Source of the DNA: Candidatus Omnitrophota bacterium
Lineage (GTDB): Bacteria; Omnitrophota; Gorgyraeia; Gygaellales; Profunditerraquicolaceae
Assembly: GCA_041653115.1 (NCBI GenBank)
Contig: JBAZGA010000005.1
Location: 2,296-66,295 of the forward strand
Reading direction: 5' to 3'
Length of the DNA: 64,000 nt
The notes beneath the pieces are model-generated. The model was not told the origin of the DNA, searched no databases, and saw only the letters and a list, made by a program, of their open reading frames with translations. Numbering within the stretch: position 1 is the first letter of the stretch; each line of letters begins with the position of its first letter. Of this stretch, positions 30,705 through 39,819 are shown piece after piece. A program made the position numbers and the translations under genes.

Positions 30705-31498
30705 GAAAAGAAGAGAAGTATAAAATAGCGGTTTGGATTCTCTCTCTGGTAGTTATTCTGGAAGGGGCGTTTCTTTTTATCGCCACCCGGCCGAAAAAAA
30801 TACCTAAAAAAGCCAAAGCCCCTGCCCCGGTCGTGGCGATAAAGGGCAAGATTGCCATCGTGATTGACGATTGGGGTTATAATTTAAAGAACCTCTCCAT
30901 CCTGGAAGAGATAAAATACCCCCTCACTGTTTCGGTGCTCCCTTCCTTAAGCTATTCCCGCGCCGTGAGCAGCGGATTAAAAAAGAAGGGGTTTGAAATA
31001 ATCCTGCACCTGCCGATGGAGCCGCACGAGAGATACCGCCTGGAACGCGATACGATTATGGTTTCAATGCAGGCCGCGAAGATTACAGAGATTATCGGCA
31101 AGGATTTAGCCAGTGTCCAGAATGTATCGGGCGTCTCCAACCATATGGGTTCAAGGGCTACCGAAGACGAAAGGACGATGGAGATTATCTTCAGGGAGCT
31201 GAAAAAGAGAGGGCTTTATTTTTTGGACAGCCTCGTCTCCGGCGATTCGGTTGCCCCGGAAGTGGCTGAAAAAATCCGCCTTAAGTTCGCCAGGAGAAAT
31301 ATATTCCTCGATAACGAGGAGGACCCCGTTTATATCAAGGGCCAGCTTGAACAATTAAAGGCCGCTTCCAGGCTTCACGGCCGGGCAATCGGCATCGGGC
31401 ATGACCGCAGGGTCACCCTGCAGGTACTGAAAGAGCAGATGCCTTTATTGGAAAAAGAAGGATATAGGTTTGTTTTTGTCTCGGAGTTGGTGGAATAA
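30701..31498 (+). CDS. Divergent polysaccharide deacetylase family protein (YibQ-like)
   Basis: TM anchor and a PF04748-like profile (IAIVIDDWGYN...HLPMEP...NHMGSRAT). Confidence 0.7.
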   Translation: MRKEEKYKIAVWILSLVVILEGAFLFIATRPKKIPKKAKAPAPVVAIKGKIAIVIDDWGYNLKNLSILEEIKYPLTVSVLPSLSYSRAVSSGLKKKGFEIILHLPMEPHERYRLERDTIMVSMQAAKITEIIGKDLASVQNVSGVSNHMGSRATEDERTMEIIFRELKKRGLYFLDSLVSGDSVAPEVAEKIRLKFARRNIFLDNEEDPVYIKGQLEQLKAASRLHGRAIGIGHDRRVTLQVLKEQMPLLEKEGYRFVFVSELVE

Positions 31499-32487
31499 TG
31501 CTTGTCTTGGGGATAGAAACCTCCTGCGATGAGACCGCAGCGGCGGTAGTTCAGGACGGTAAAGAGATACTTTCCAGCGTTGTGGCGTCGAGCCTGAAGT
31601 TCCATAAAGAATACGGCGGGATAGTGCCGGAGATTGCTTCGCGCATGCAGCTGGAAACTATCGCTAACGTCGTAGATTCTGCCCTGAAAAAAGGCGGGAT
31701 TAAACTAAAAGACATAGACTTAATGAGCGTAACCTGCAAGCCGGGATTGCTGGGCTCTTTATTGGTAGGCGTATCTTTTGCCCAGGCTGCCGGCTTTGCA
31801 TCAAAGGTCCCTCTTTTGGGGATCGACCATCTGCACGGGCACATCTACGCGGCTTTCTTAAGCGGCCGGGCTCCGGCTTTACCCTTTATTGCCTTAGTGG
31901 TTTCCGGAGGCCATACGAGCTTATTCTACATAGAAGATTTTGACCGGATTAGTCTTTTAGGCTCTACTCTTGACGATGCCTGCGGCGAGGCCTTTGATAA
32001 AGTCGCCAAGATTCTAGGATTAGGTTATCCCGGAGGCCCTTATATAGAAAAAGCCGGCCAAAAAGGCAATCCGCGCAAATACAAGTTTGCCTGCAGTAAT
32101 ACGAAAAAGCCCCTGGATTTCAGCTTCAGCGGGATAAAGACAGCTCTTTGGTACGCGGCAGGGAATAAGCGGCTGGGGCAGCAGGATAAAAAAGATATGG
32201 CCGCTTCATTCCAGGAAACGGTAATCAATACTTTGATTGAAAAGTCGTTATTAGCCTGCAGGATGAAGAAGGTAAACCGGCTGGCAGTGGGCGGAGGAGT
32301 GGCTGCAAACAACCGCTTAAGGGAATTATTTTTTCAGCGCGGCAAAGCCAGCGCCTTGAAAGTATATTTTCCGCCGCGCGAACTCTGCCTGGATAACGCG
32401 GCAATGGTCGCGGGCTTGGGATACCGGCTATTCAAAAAAGGAGGTAGGCGAATATGCTTCCCGACGAACAGATTATTCTGCGTTTAA
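31498..32487 (+). CDS. tsaD: tRNA N6-adenosine threonylcarbamoyltransferase
   Basis: MLVLGIETSCDETAAAVV...HLHGHIY Kae1/TsaD signatures. Confidence 0.95.
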   Translation: MLVLGIETSCDETAAAVVQDGKEILSSVVASSLKFHKEYGGIVPEIASRMQLETIANVVDSALKKGGIKLKDIDLMSVTCKPGLLGSLLVGVSFAQAAGFASKVPLLGIDHLHGHIYAAFLSGRAPALPFIALVVSGGHTSLFYIEDFDRISLLGSTLDDACGEAFDKVAKILGLGYPGGPYIEKAGQKGNPRKYKFACSNTKKPLDFSFSGIKTALWYAAGNKRLGQQDKKDMAASFQETVINTLIEKSLLACRMKKVNRLAVGGGVAANNRLRELFFQRGKASALKVYFPPRELCLDNAAMVAGLGYRLFKKGGRRICFPTNRLFCV

Positions 32488-32900
32488 TTTTGTCCGTATT
32501 ATTAGGCGGGTTGATTGGTTTTGAGCGCCAGATGCGCCGCCGCACCGCGGGGTTACGCACCCACATCATGGTCTGCCTGGGCTCGTGTCTTATAATGTTG
32601 ACATCGCTTTATGTTTTTGATATATATAATAAGATAGCGCCCTTAGACCCGGCGCGGATTGCCGCCGGCGTAATTACCGGTATAGGTTTCCTGGGGGCAG
32701 GCGCGATTATTCGTGACAGTGAAGGAGTCAGGGGCCTGACTACCGCTGCCAGCCTATGGGTGGTTGCCGGCATAGGTTTGGCTATCGGCTGCGGTTTTTT
32801 TATGGGAGGCATTTTTACTGCTATACTAGGATTTGTAATTCTCTTCTTTTTAAGGTACGTGGAAGGGGTGCTCTTTGAAAGAGAGCAATGTAAAAAATAA
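32454..32900 (+). CDS. MgtC/SapB family membrane protein
   Basis: RLILSVLLGGLIGFERQ...RTHIMVCLGS MgtC signature. Confidence 0.85.
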   Translation: MLPDEQIILRLILSVLLGGLIGFERQMRRRTAGLRTHIMVCLGSCLIMLTSLYVFDIYNKIAPLDPARIAAGVITGIGFLGAGAIIRDSEGVRGLTTAASLWVVAGIGLAIGCGFFMGGIFTAILGFVILFFLRYVEGVLFEREQCKK

Positions 32901-32950
32901 GCAGTTTATTCACCCGTTAACAACGGGAAAATTGAGGAGGTGAGGCTGAA

Positions 32951-33457
32951 ATGGCTTTTAATAAGAAAAAGCTGGAAGAAAGAGTTATGGATGTGGACGC
33001 CTCAATGCAGGGAGAGTTAAGTTTTAGGGACCCGGTAAACCTGCGGATTAACGGCAGGTTTGAAGGGACGCTGAATACGCGGGGCACCTTGACCATCGCC
33101 TCAACCGCGAATGTAGTGGCGGATATTATCGGAGATAATATTATCGTCGGCGGCAGGCTCAAGGGCCGCGTCACCGCCAAAGAAAGCCTGACTCTTCTGC
33201 CCAGCGCGGTTCTCGAAGGCGACATATATCCTTTAAAGTTAAACGTCGCGGAAGGCGCGATATTCGAAGGCCGCTGCATCATGCTGCATGATTTTTTGAA
33301 TGCGGAAGAGCTGGCGCGTTACCTGGAAGTGGACTTGAATTCCATCCTGGAGTGGGCCAGCGCAGGCAAGGTGCCGGGGGTCAAAGAAGGGGAGCGCTGG
33401 AGATTCGAGCGTAAGGCAATAGATACGTGGGTGGCTTCGGGTAAGGTAGGAAAATAA
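32951..33457 (+). CDS. Bactofilin-domain protein fused to a C-terminal excisionase-family HTH (HTH_17-like)
   Basis: Bactofilin beta-helical repeats (GTLTIASTANVVADIIGDNIIVGGRLKGRVTAKESLTL...EGDIY) then LNAEELARYLEVDLNSILEWASAGKVPGVKEGERWRFERKAIDTWV. Confidence 0.7.
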   Translation: MAFNKKKLEERVMDVDASMQGELSFRDPVNLRINGRFEGTLNTRGTLTIASTANVVADIIGDNIIVGGRLKGRVTAKESLTLLPSAVLEGDIYPLKLNVAEGAIFEGRCIMLHDFLNAEELARYLEVDLNSILEWASAGKVPGVKEGERWRFERKAIDTWVASGKVGK

Positions 33458-33469
33458 CTTAAAAAATAA

Positions 33470-33778
33470 ATGACGGAAGAAAAACTTTTAACCATCAGGG
33501 ATGCCGCTTTAATCCTGGGCATCTCCGAAAAAGAGATTATTGATTTGGCCGAAAGCGGCACAATTCCCGCCTATAAAATCGGCGGCGTATACTTAAGGTT
33601 TAAACGCCAGCAGATAGAGGAAGCCAAAAAAACCTTAAACCTCGCCCCTAAGCCGGATGCCCGCCTGGAAAGGCGCTCGTGGAAAGACGGATTCAGCGAT
33701 TTTTTCTATTTTAACGATTTTTATATAATTTCCATCTTGATAATAGCCTTGATACTTTGGATAATATTCAAAGGGTAA
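33470..33778 (+). CDS. Excisionase-family HTH protein with C-terminal transmembrane anchor
   Basis: LTIRDAALILGISEKEIIDLAESGTIPAYKIGGVYLRFKRQQI (HTH_17-like) then the hydrophobic tail YIISILIIALILWIIF. Confidence 0.6.
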   Translation: MTEEKLLTIRDAALILGISEKEIIDLAESGTIPAYKIGGVYLRFKRQQIEEAKKTLNLAPKPDARLERRSWKDGFSDFFYFNDFYIISILIIALILWIIFKG

Positions 33779-33788
33779 TGAAAAAATA

Positions 33789-34457
33789 ATGCTTCTTAAG
33801 CGGGGGTTCTGCGATTTAGGGTTTGCCAGGCTTGACATAGACAGGCAAAAGCGCCGCGGATTTTCCGAAGCGGTATATTGCCCGGGAAAAACCAGGTCCC
33901 ACCTAAAAGATATCGCCAGGACATTCATCAGGAATAAGCAGGATTTACTCTTTACGAAGTTAGAGAAAAGCACTTTTAATTATTTAAAGAAATCATTTCC
34001 CCGCTTAAAGTATAACCCGCAGGCAAAGTTAGGCTATTTATCCAGGCAGCGTAAATCCTTGAAAAAAGGCGTGGTCGCGGTAATCTCGGCAGGGACCGCG
34101 GATATTCCGGTAGCAGAGGAAGCGGTTACCACTTTAGAGGTAATGGGGAACCGCGTGCTTAAGCTTTATGATGTAGGCGTCGCCGGCGTGCATCGGCTGA
34201 TGTTCGATATCGGGAAGATTAGGAAGGCAAGCGTAATTATCGTAGTTGCCGGTATGGAAGGGGCGTTAGCCAGTTTAGTCAGCGGATTAGTCAGCTCTCC
34301 GGTGATTGCCGTGCCGACGAGCTGCGGATACGGCGCGAATTTTTCCGGGCTTTCGGCGTTATTAACGATGCTGAACAGCTGTTCGCCGGGCGTGGCGGTG
34401 GTAAATATTGATAACGGATTTGGCGCGGGTTATATGGCAAGTTTAATCAACCGATGA
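33789..34457 (+). CDS. larB: LarB-like PurE-family carboxylase (nickel-pincer cofactor biosynthesis protein homolog)
   Basis: PurE-like core VVAVISAGTADIPVAEEA...VIIVVAGMEGALASLVSG plus a LarB-type N-terminal extension of about 90 aa. Confidence 0.65.
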   Translation: MLLKRGFCDLGFARLDIDRQKRRGFSEAVYCPGKTRSHLKDIARTFIRNKQDLLFTKLEKSTFNYLKKSFPRLKYNPQAKLGYLSRQRKSLKKGVVAVISAGTADIPVAEEAVTTLEVMGNRVLKLYDVGVAGVHRLMFDIGKIRKASVIIVVAGMEGALASLVSGLVSSPVIAVPTSCGYGANFSGLSALLTMLNSCSPGVAVVNIDNGFGAGYMASLINR

Positions 34458-34870
34458 TTTCCTTAAAGGAAGGAATAAGATTCCACGGGCATTTGGGGCC
34501 TTACCTGGTTTTGGGGATACGCGCCGGGGAACTGGCGCTGAAAAAATTAAACTGTAAAAAATATTTTGGCCTGGAGGTCAAGGTTTGGGGTGCCGGCGAA
34601 AAACCCAAATCCTGCCTGATTGACGGCTTGCAGCTTTCTACGGGAGCGACTTACGGAAAAGGCAATATCAGTAAATTTAACGGCAGGGTAATCAGGATCG
34701 GCTTTAAAAATAAGGTCAGCCGCAGGAAACTGATTTTAAAATTTAAGAATACCCTGCTGAAGGACTTGGCAGAAGCGGACACGCATCAAAAAGCAGAGAG
34801 ATTGGCAAGGCAATTATATAAAAAAAATCATGCGCAGCTTTTTAACTTAAAACTTACCTCCGGAGATTGA
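34454..34870 (+). CDS. FmdE-domain protein (formylmethanofuran dehydrogenase subunit E-like)
   Basis: EGIRFHGHLGPYLVLGIRAG N-terminal FmdE signature; 138 aa. Confidence 0.6.
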   Translation: MISLKEGIRFHGHLGPYLVLGIRAGELALKKLNCKKYFGLEVKVWGAGEKPKSCLIDGLQLSTGATYGKGNISKFNGRVIRIGFKNKVSRRKLILKFKNTLLKDLAEADTHQKAERLARQLYKKNHAQLFNLKLTSGD

Positions 34871-36201
34871 AGATGGCTTTATCAGGGCTGGATATCTATA
34901 AGCTTTTACCGAAAACGAACTGTAAAGAATGCGGGTTTGCGACCTGCCTTGCCTTTGCCATGGCATTGGCAAAGAAGGCAGTAAGCATTGACAAATGCCC
35001 TTATTTAAGCGCAGAAGCAAAAAAACAATTAGAGGCATCGAGCCTGCCTCCGGTAAAATTAGTTACTATCGGCGCGGGAGAAGATAAATTAGAGGTCGGT
35101 AATGAGACGGTGCTCTTCCGCCACGAAGAGAAATTCCACCACCCCTGCGGTATTGGCTTTATTATTGAAGACACCTTAGGCGATAACGAAATAAAGCAGA
35201 AGTTAGAAAAAATTAAGCGGTTGAAATTCGAGCGCGTGGGGCAGGAATTAAACGTAAACCTGGTGGCGATAAAACAGGCGGGCAGCGGAGAAAGGTTCGT
35301 AAAAACAGTGCAACTGGCAACACAGAATAGCCGGCTTGGCCTGGTATTGATGAGCGAGGATTTAACCGCCTTAAAGCAGGCTGCGGAATTTACGAAAGAG
35401 AGAAGGCCTTTAATCTATCACGCAAGCAAAGGCAACCTCGCCGGAGTTGCGCAAATTGCGAAAGAATTTAATCTGCCGCTGGTTGTTTCCGCGCCTGATT
35501 TAGAGGCAGTTTCCATCCTGGCCGGGGAATTAAACAGCCGAGGGCTGAATGATTTAATCCTGGAGACCGGGATTAAGCCGATAAGAGATAGAATCTGGGA
35601 TTTGACTCAGATAAGAAGACAGGCGCTGAAAAAATCCAACCGCAGCTTAGGATATCCGGCCTTAACAATTATCGACAAGAAAGACCCTGAGGAAGAAGCA
35701 GCCGAGGCAGCGACTTATATCGCCAAATACGCGGGAATTATTTTGCTGCGCGGCATTGAGCCGTGGCAGATTTTATCCCTTTTGACTTTAAGGCAGAATA
35801 TCTACACCGACCCGCAGAAGCCGCTGCAGATTGAGCCCAAGCTTTACAGCGTCGGTCAGGTAACCGATAAATCGCCGGTACTGGTGACTACCAACTTTTC
35901 CTTGAGCTATTATACGGTATTGGGGGAAGTGGAGGCCAGCAAGATACCTTCTTATATCGTCAGCGTGGATACCGAAGGGATGTCGGTATTGACTGCCTGG
36001 GCAGCGGAAAAATTTACCCCGGAAAAAATCGCGGATTCCCTGAATAAATTCGGCGTCAAAGAGGCGGTTTCGCACAACAGATTAATTATCCCCGGATATG
36101 TGGCGGTGATGAGCGGGGATTTGGAAGAGAAGTCCGGACGGGAGATTATCGTCGGGCCCAAAGAAGCCGCCGGCATACCGTCATTTTTAAAAAAATTGTA
36201 A
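34867..36201 (+). CDS. acsC: Corrinoid iron-sulfur protein large subunit (acetyl-CoA decarbonylase/synthase gamma subunit)
   Basis: N-terminal [4Fe-4S] motif CKECGFATCLAFAMALAKKAVSIDKCPYL, TIM-barrel and B12-binding regions. Confidence 0.85.
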   Translation: MKMALSGLDIYKLLPKTNCKECGFATCLAFAMALAKKAVSIDKCPYLSAEAKKQLEASSLPPVKLVTIGAGEDKLEVGNETVLFRHEEKFHHPCGIGFIIEDTLGDNEIKQKLEKIKRLKFERVGQELNVNLVAIKQAGSGERFVKTVQLATQNSRLGLVLMSEDLTALKQAAEFTKERRPLIYHASKGNLAGVAQIAKEFNLPLVVSAPDLEAVSILAGELNSRGLNDLILETGIKPIRDRIWDLTQIRRQALKKSNRSLGYPALTIIDKKDPEEEAAEAATYIAKYAGIILLRGIEPWQILSLLTLRQNIYTDPQKPLQIEPKLYSVGQVTDKSPVLVTTNFSLSYYTVLGEVEASKIPSYIVSVDTEGMSVLTAWAAEKFTPEKIADSLNKFGVKEAVSHNRLIIPGYVAVMSGDLEEKSGREIIVGPKEAAGIPSFLKKL

Positions 36202-36208
36202 CCATAGG

Positions 36209-38137
36209 ATGGAAAAGTTCAAAGTTACATTTTACCCGGACAATAAGACCATAGAGGTAGAAAAGGGCAAGACTATCCTGACGGCTGCCATTTCTGCCGG
36301 AGTCTATATTAATTCCAGCTGCGGCGGAGACGGCGTTTGCGGCCGCTGCAAAGTAATTTTAAAAAAAGGCGAGGTAATCAGCCAGCCCACCGGAAGATTA
36401 AGCCTGGAAGAACGCAGGCAGGGGGTCCATCTTGCCTGTCTTTCTACGATAGAGGGCGATTTGGAGGTGGAGATTCCTCCGGAATCGAGGTTAGACTTAG
36501 AGCAGCTCAACCCCGAAGAAGTTGATTTAAGGTTAAAGGGCCTTTATTCGAAGGCCGAAGAAATCGAGCCGGTAAAATCAATTTTAGGCGAAGAAATTTT
36601 TCACCACTCTCCTTTAGCCACTAAGCTATATCTGGAATTACCTCAACCGACCCTGGAAGATACGGTCAGCGATCTGGAAAGATTATACCGCGCCATCCGT
36701 AAAATCCAGGATATCCCGGTGATGCAGGCCGGCCTGGCCAATATCCGCGGGTTAGGCGAGTTGTTACGTGATGCTGAATGGAAAATTACCGTGACTTTAG
36801 GCAAAAGAAACGGCACCACGGAAGTCGTGCTGGTTGAGCCGGGGGATACCTCGCAGCATAATTACGGCCTGGCCTTTGACATCGGGACTACGACTATTTC
36901 CGGGCAGTTGGTGGATTTACGCACCGATAAGGTTTTAGGCAGCAAAGCCGCTTACAATAAACAGGCGGCATTCGGCAGCGATATCATCACGCGTATCATT
37001 TATGCCCGGGAAGAGGACGGCCTGGAAAAGCTCCACCATGCCGTGGTTGACGTAATGAACGGGATGTTACATGAATTAATCCAGGAGCACTCAATAGACC
37101 TGAATGACGTGAACTGCGCCCTTTGCGCGGGCAATACCACGATGATGCATCTTTTGCTGCGGGTTGACCCGACATATATCAGGAGAGAACCCTATGTGCC
37201 CACGGCGAATTTTGTCCCGACGGTGCGCGCCAGCGAAGCCGGGATAAAAATAAATCCGCGCGGGCTTTTATCCTGCGTTCCGGGCGTCTCCAGTTATGTA
37301 GGCGGCGATGTCACTGCCGGGGTTTTATCCTGCGGCCTGGATAACGAAGAAGATTTATGCCTTTTGATTGATATCGGCACCAACGGCGAAATAGTTTTAG
37401 GCAGCAGGGAGTTTTTGATTTCCGCTTCTGCTTCTGCCGGACCGGCATTTGAAGGCTCGGGTGTTGCCTGCGGCATGCGTGCCAGCCGCGGCGCCATCCA
37501 AAAAATAAAAGTCAGCCCCAAAGATTTCAACGTTGCTTACAGCGTAATCGGCGAAGAAGAGCCCCGCGGCATCTGCGGCTCGGGTTATATTGACCTGATT
37601 GCCGAAATGCTGCGCGCCGGCCTCCTGGATAAAAGCGGGAAGCTCAAGGCAATAAAGAACAGGCGTATCCGTGATGGCGAAACAGGCAAGGAGTTTGTGG
37701 TGGTTTTCAAGGAAGATACAGGCACGGCTTCCGATATCGTGATTAATGAAGCAGATATTGAGAACTTGAAACGCGCCAAGGCAGCGATTTACTCGGCAGC
37801 CGCCAGCCTGGTCAGGCGTATGAGCCTCGATTTTAGGAAAATTAAGAAATTTTTTATTGCCGGCGGGTTCGGCACTTATATTGATGTCGCCAATGCCATT
37901 GCTATCGGCTTGCTTCCGGACTTGGATAAATCAAGATTTATTTTTGTCGGTAACAGTTCCTTGGCCGGAGCGCGGCAGATTCTTCTTTCTTACGAAGCGA
38001 TGAAAAAGGCGGATGAGATTGCCCGCAAGATGACTTACTTTGAGCTCTCGGTTGACCCCGGATATATGGATGAATATATGGCGGCTTTATTTTTCCCGCA
38101 TACGGATTTGGCAAAATTCCCCAGTGTGAAAGTATAA
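36209..38137 (+). CDS. acsV: Reductive activator of CFeSP (RACo/AcsV; 2Fe-2S ferredoxin plus ASKHA ATPase, DUF4445)
   Basis: Plant-type [2Fe-2S] motif SCGGDGVCGRCKV followed by a DUF4445/ASKHA-type domain. Confidence 0.8.
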   Translation: MEKFKVTFYPDNKTIEVEKGKTILTAAISAGVYINSSCGGDGVCGRCKVILKKGEVISQPTGRLSLEERRQGVHLACLSTIEGDLEVEIPPESRLDLEQLNPEEVDLRLKGLYSKAEEIEPVKSILGEEIFHHSPLATKLYLELPQPTLEDTVSDLERLYRAIRKIQDIPVMQAGLANIRGLGELLRDAEWKITVTLGKRNGTTEVVLVEPGDTSQHNYGLAFDIGTTTISGQLVDLRTDKVLGSKAAYNKQAAFGSDIITRIIYAREEDGLEKLHHAVVDVMNGMLHELIQEHSIDLNDVNCALCAGNTTMMHLLLRVDPTYIRREPYVPTANFVPTVRASEAGIKINPRGLLSCVPGVSSYVGGDVTAGVLSCGLDNEEDLCLLIDIGTNGEIVLGSREFLISASASAGPAFEGSGVACGMRASRGAIQKIKVSPKDFNVAYSVIGEEEPRGICGSGYIDLIAEMLRAGLLDKSGKLKAIKNRRIRDGETGKEFVVVFKEDTGTASDIVINEADIENLKRAKAAIYSAAASLVRRMSLDFRKIKKFFIAGGFGTYIDVANAIAIGLLPDLDKSRFIFVGNSSLAGARQILLSYEAMKKADEIARKMTYFELSVDPGYMDEYMAALFFPHTDLAKFPSVKV

Positions 38138-38138
38138 A

Positions 38139-38891
38139 ATGAGTTATACCATCGCTATTGCCGGAAAAGGCGGCACAGGCAAAACCACTATCGCAGCGCT
38201 CCTGGTGAGGCTGCTCAAGGAAAAGAAGCTGGGTTCGATTCTGGCAGTGGATGCCGACCCGAACAGCAATTTAGGCGAGGCCTTAGGCGTAGAAGTAAAA
38301 GAAACTATCGGCTCTATCCTTGATGATATCGCGGCGCATCCGGAGAGAATCCCTTCCGGGATGCCTAAAGAGCGCTTCATCGAATATGAAGTCCAGACCG
38401 CGGTCCGCGAGGCAGAGGGTTTTGATGTCCTGACAATGGGTAAGCCCGAAGGCCCGGGCTGTTATTGCTATGTCAATAACGTCTTAAGAAACCTGATGGC
38501 GCGCCTGATTAAAGACTACGATTATATCGTGATTGATAATGAGGCGGGTTTAGAGCACCTTTCCCGCCGGACCACCAGAAGCGCCGAGGCGTTGGTGGTA
38601 GTTTCAAACATTACAGCCGCAGGCTTAAAAGCTGCCGGAAGAATCGGCGAACTAGCCAGAGAGCTGGATATAAAAATAAAGAAGAGCCTCCTGGTAGTAA
38701 ATTGCTCCGAAAAAAATCCGGCAAAAGAAACGCTTAAAGAAATGGGTTTGGATTATATCGGTAATATACCCCGGGATAGGCGGATAGAAAAAATCAGCCT
38801 GAACGGAAATTCATTACTTGCATTAGCCGATGATGCGCAAAGCATCAGCGCCTTGCGTAAAATAGGAGATAAGATATGGCAGCAGAGTTGA
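38139..38891 (+). CDS. cooC: CooC/AcsF-type MinD-family ATPase (Ni-insertion accessory protein)
   Basis: IAIAGKGGTGKTTIAALL deviant Walker A and CxC metal motif GPGCYCYVNN. Confidence 0.8.
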   Translation: MSYTIAIAGKGGTGKTTIAALLVRLLKEKKLGSILAVDADPNSNLGEALGVEVKETIGSILDDIAAHPERIPSGMPKERFIEYEVQTAVREAEGFDVLTMGKPEGPGCYCYVNNVLRNLMARLIKDYDYIVIDNEAGLEHLSRRTTRSAEALVVVSNITAAGLKAAGRIGELARELDIKIKKSLLVVNCSEKNPAKETLKEMGLDYIGNIPRDRRIEKISLNGNSLLALADDAQSISALRKIGDKIWQQS

Positions 38892-39808
38892 TGTTGGAAA
38901 AATGGCCGGGTGAGGTAGCGGTGATTACTATCGGCGCGACTAAAGGCGAAGGGGGCAGCCGCTCCCGGGCGATTAAGGTCGGCGGCCAAAAGGCCCTGCC
39001 GTTTTTATCTGCCGAAGGCGCAATCCCGCATCGGCCGGTAATCGCCTTTGAAATCTGGGATACAGCGCCCACAGATTGGCCGGAAGAATTAAACAAGGAT
39101 TACCGCGATGTTTTTAGCGAGCCCCTGGCCTGGGCGGAAAAATGCGTAAAGAAATACCAGGCAGGAATTTTATGTTTGAAATTACAGGCAGCGCACCCGG
39201 ATTTCGGGGATAAGAGCCCGGATGCGGAAGCGAAATTAGTTTCAGAATTGCTCAAAAAAATAGATGTGCCGCTGATTATCTTGGGCTGCGGAGATGACGC
39301 CAAGGATAACCTGGTTTTACCGGCAGTCTGCGAAGCAGCCAAGGGCGAACGCTGCCTGATCGGGAGCGCCGTACAGGATAACTATAAAACCCTGACTGCC
39401 GCGGTGCTGGCAGACGGCCACAATATTGTCGCCGAATCGCCCATTGATATCAATATCGCCAAACAGCTGAATATTTTAATTTCCGATATGGGCCTGCCTC
39501 TGGAGCGCATCGTGATTAATCCTACTATCGGCGCACTGGGCTATGGCCTGGAATACGCCTATTCAATTATGGAGCGCAGCCGTTTGGCAGCCCTGGCAGG
39601 AGACAAAACCGTAGCCAGCCCGTTTATCTGTCTGGCAGCCCAGGAATCCTGGCGGGCAAAAGAAGCTAAAATAGATTCCGAGCACGGGATAATCTGGGAA
39701 ATAGTGACTGCTACTGCGCTGCTTCAGGCAGGAGCGGATATCCTGGTGATGCGCCATCCCCGGGCAATCGAAAAAGTGAATAAGCATATAGATGAATTAA
39801 CCGGATAG
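38876..39808 (+). CDS. acsD: Corrinoid iron-sulfur protein small subunit (acetyl-CoA decarbonylase/synthase delta subunit)
   Basis: About 310-aa TIM-barrel protein between cooC and acsE in the canonical acs order; profile consistent with AcsD/CdhD. Confidence 0.7.
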   Translation: MAAELMLEKWPGEVAVITIGATKGEGGSRSRAIKVGGQKALPFLSAEGAIPHRPVIAFEIWDTAPTDWPEELNKDYRDVFSEPLAWAEKCVKKYQAGILCLKLQAAHPDFGDKSPDAEAKLVSELLKKIDVPLIILGCGDDAKDNLVLPAVCEAAKGERCLIGSAVQDNYKTLTAAVLADGHNIVAESPIDINIAKQLNILISDMGLPLERIVINPTIGALGYGLEYAYSIMERSRLAALAGDKTVASPFICLAAQESWRAKEAKIDSEHGIIWEIVTATALLQAGADILVMRHPRAIEKVNKHIDELTG

Positions 39809-39819
39809 AGAGCAGGCAG

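Noticed and set aside
32913-32927. Small hairpin CCCGTT-aac-AACGGG after mgtC as a terminator
   Set aside because: It has a short stem, a tight loop and no downstream T-run. It is too weak to call.
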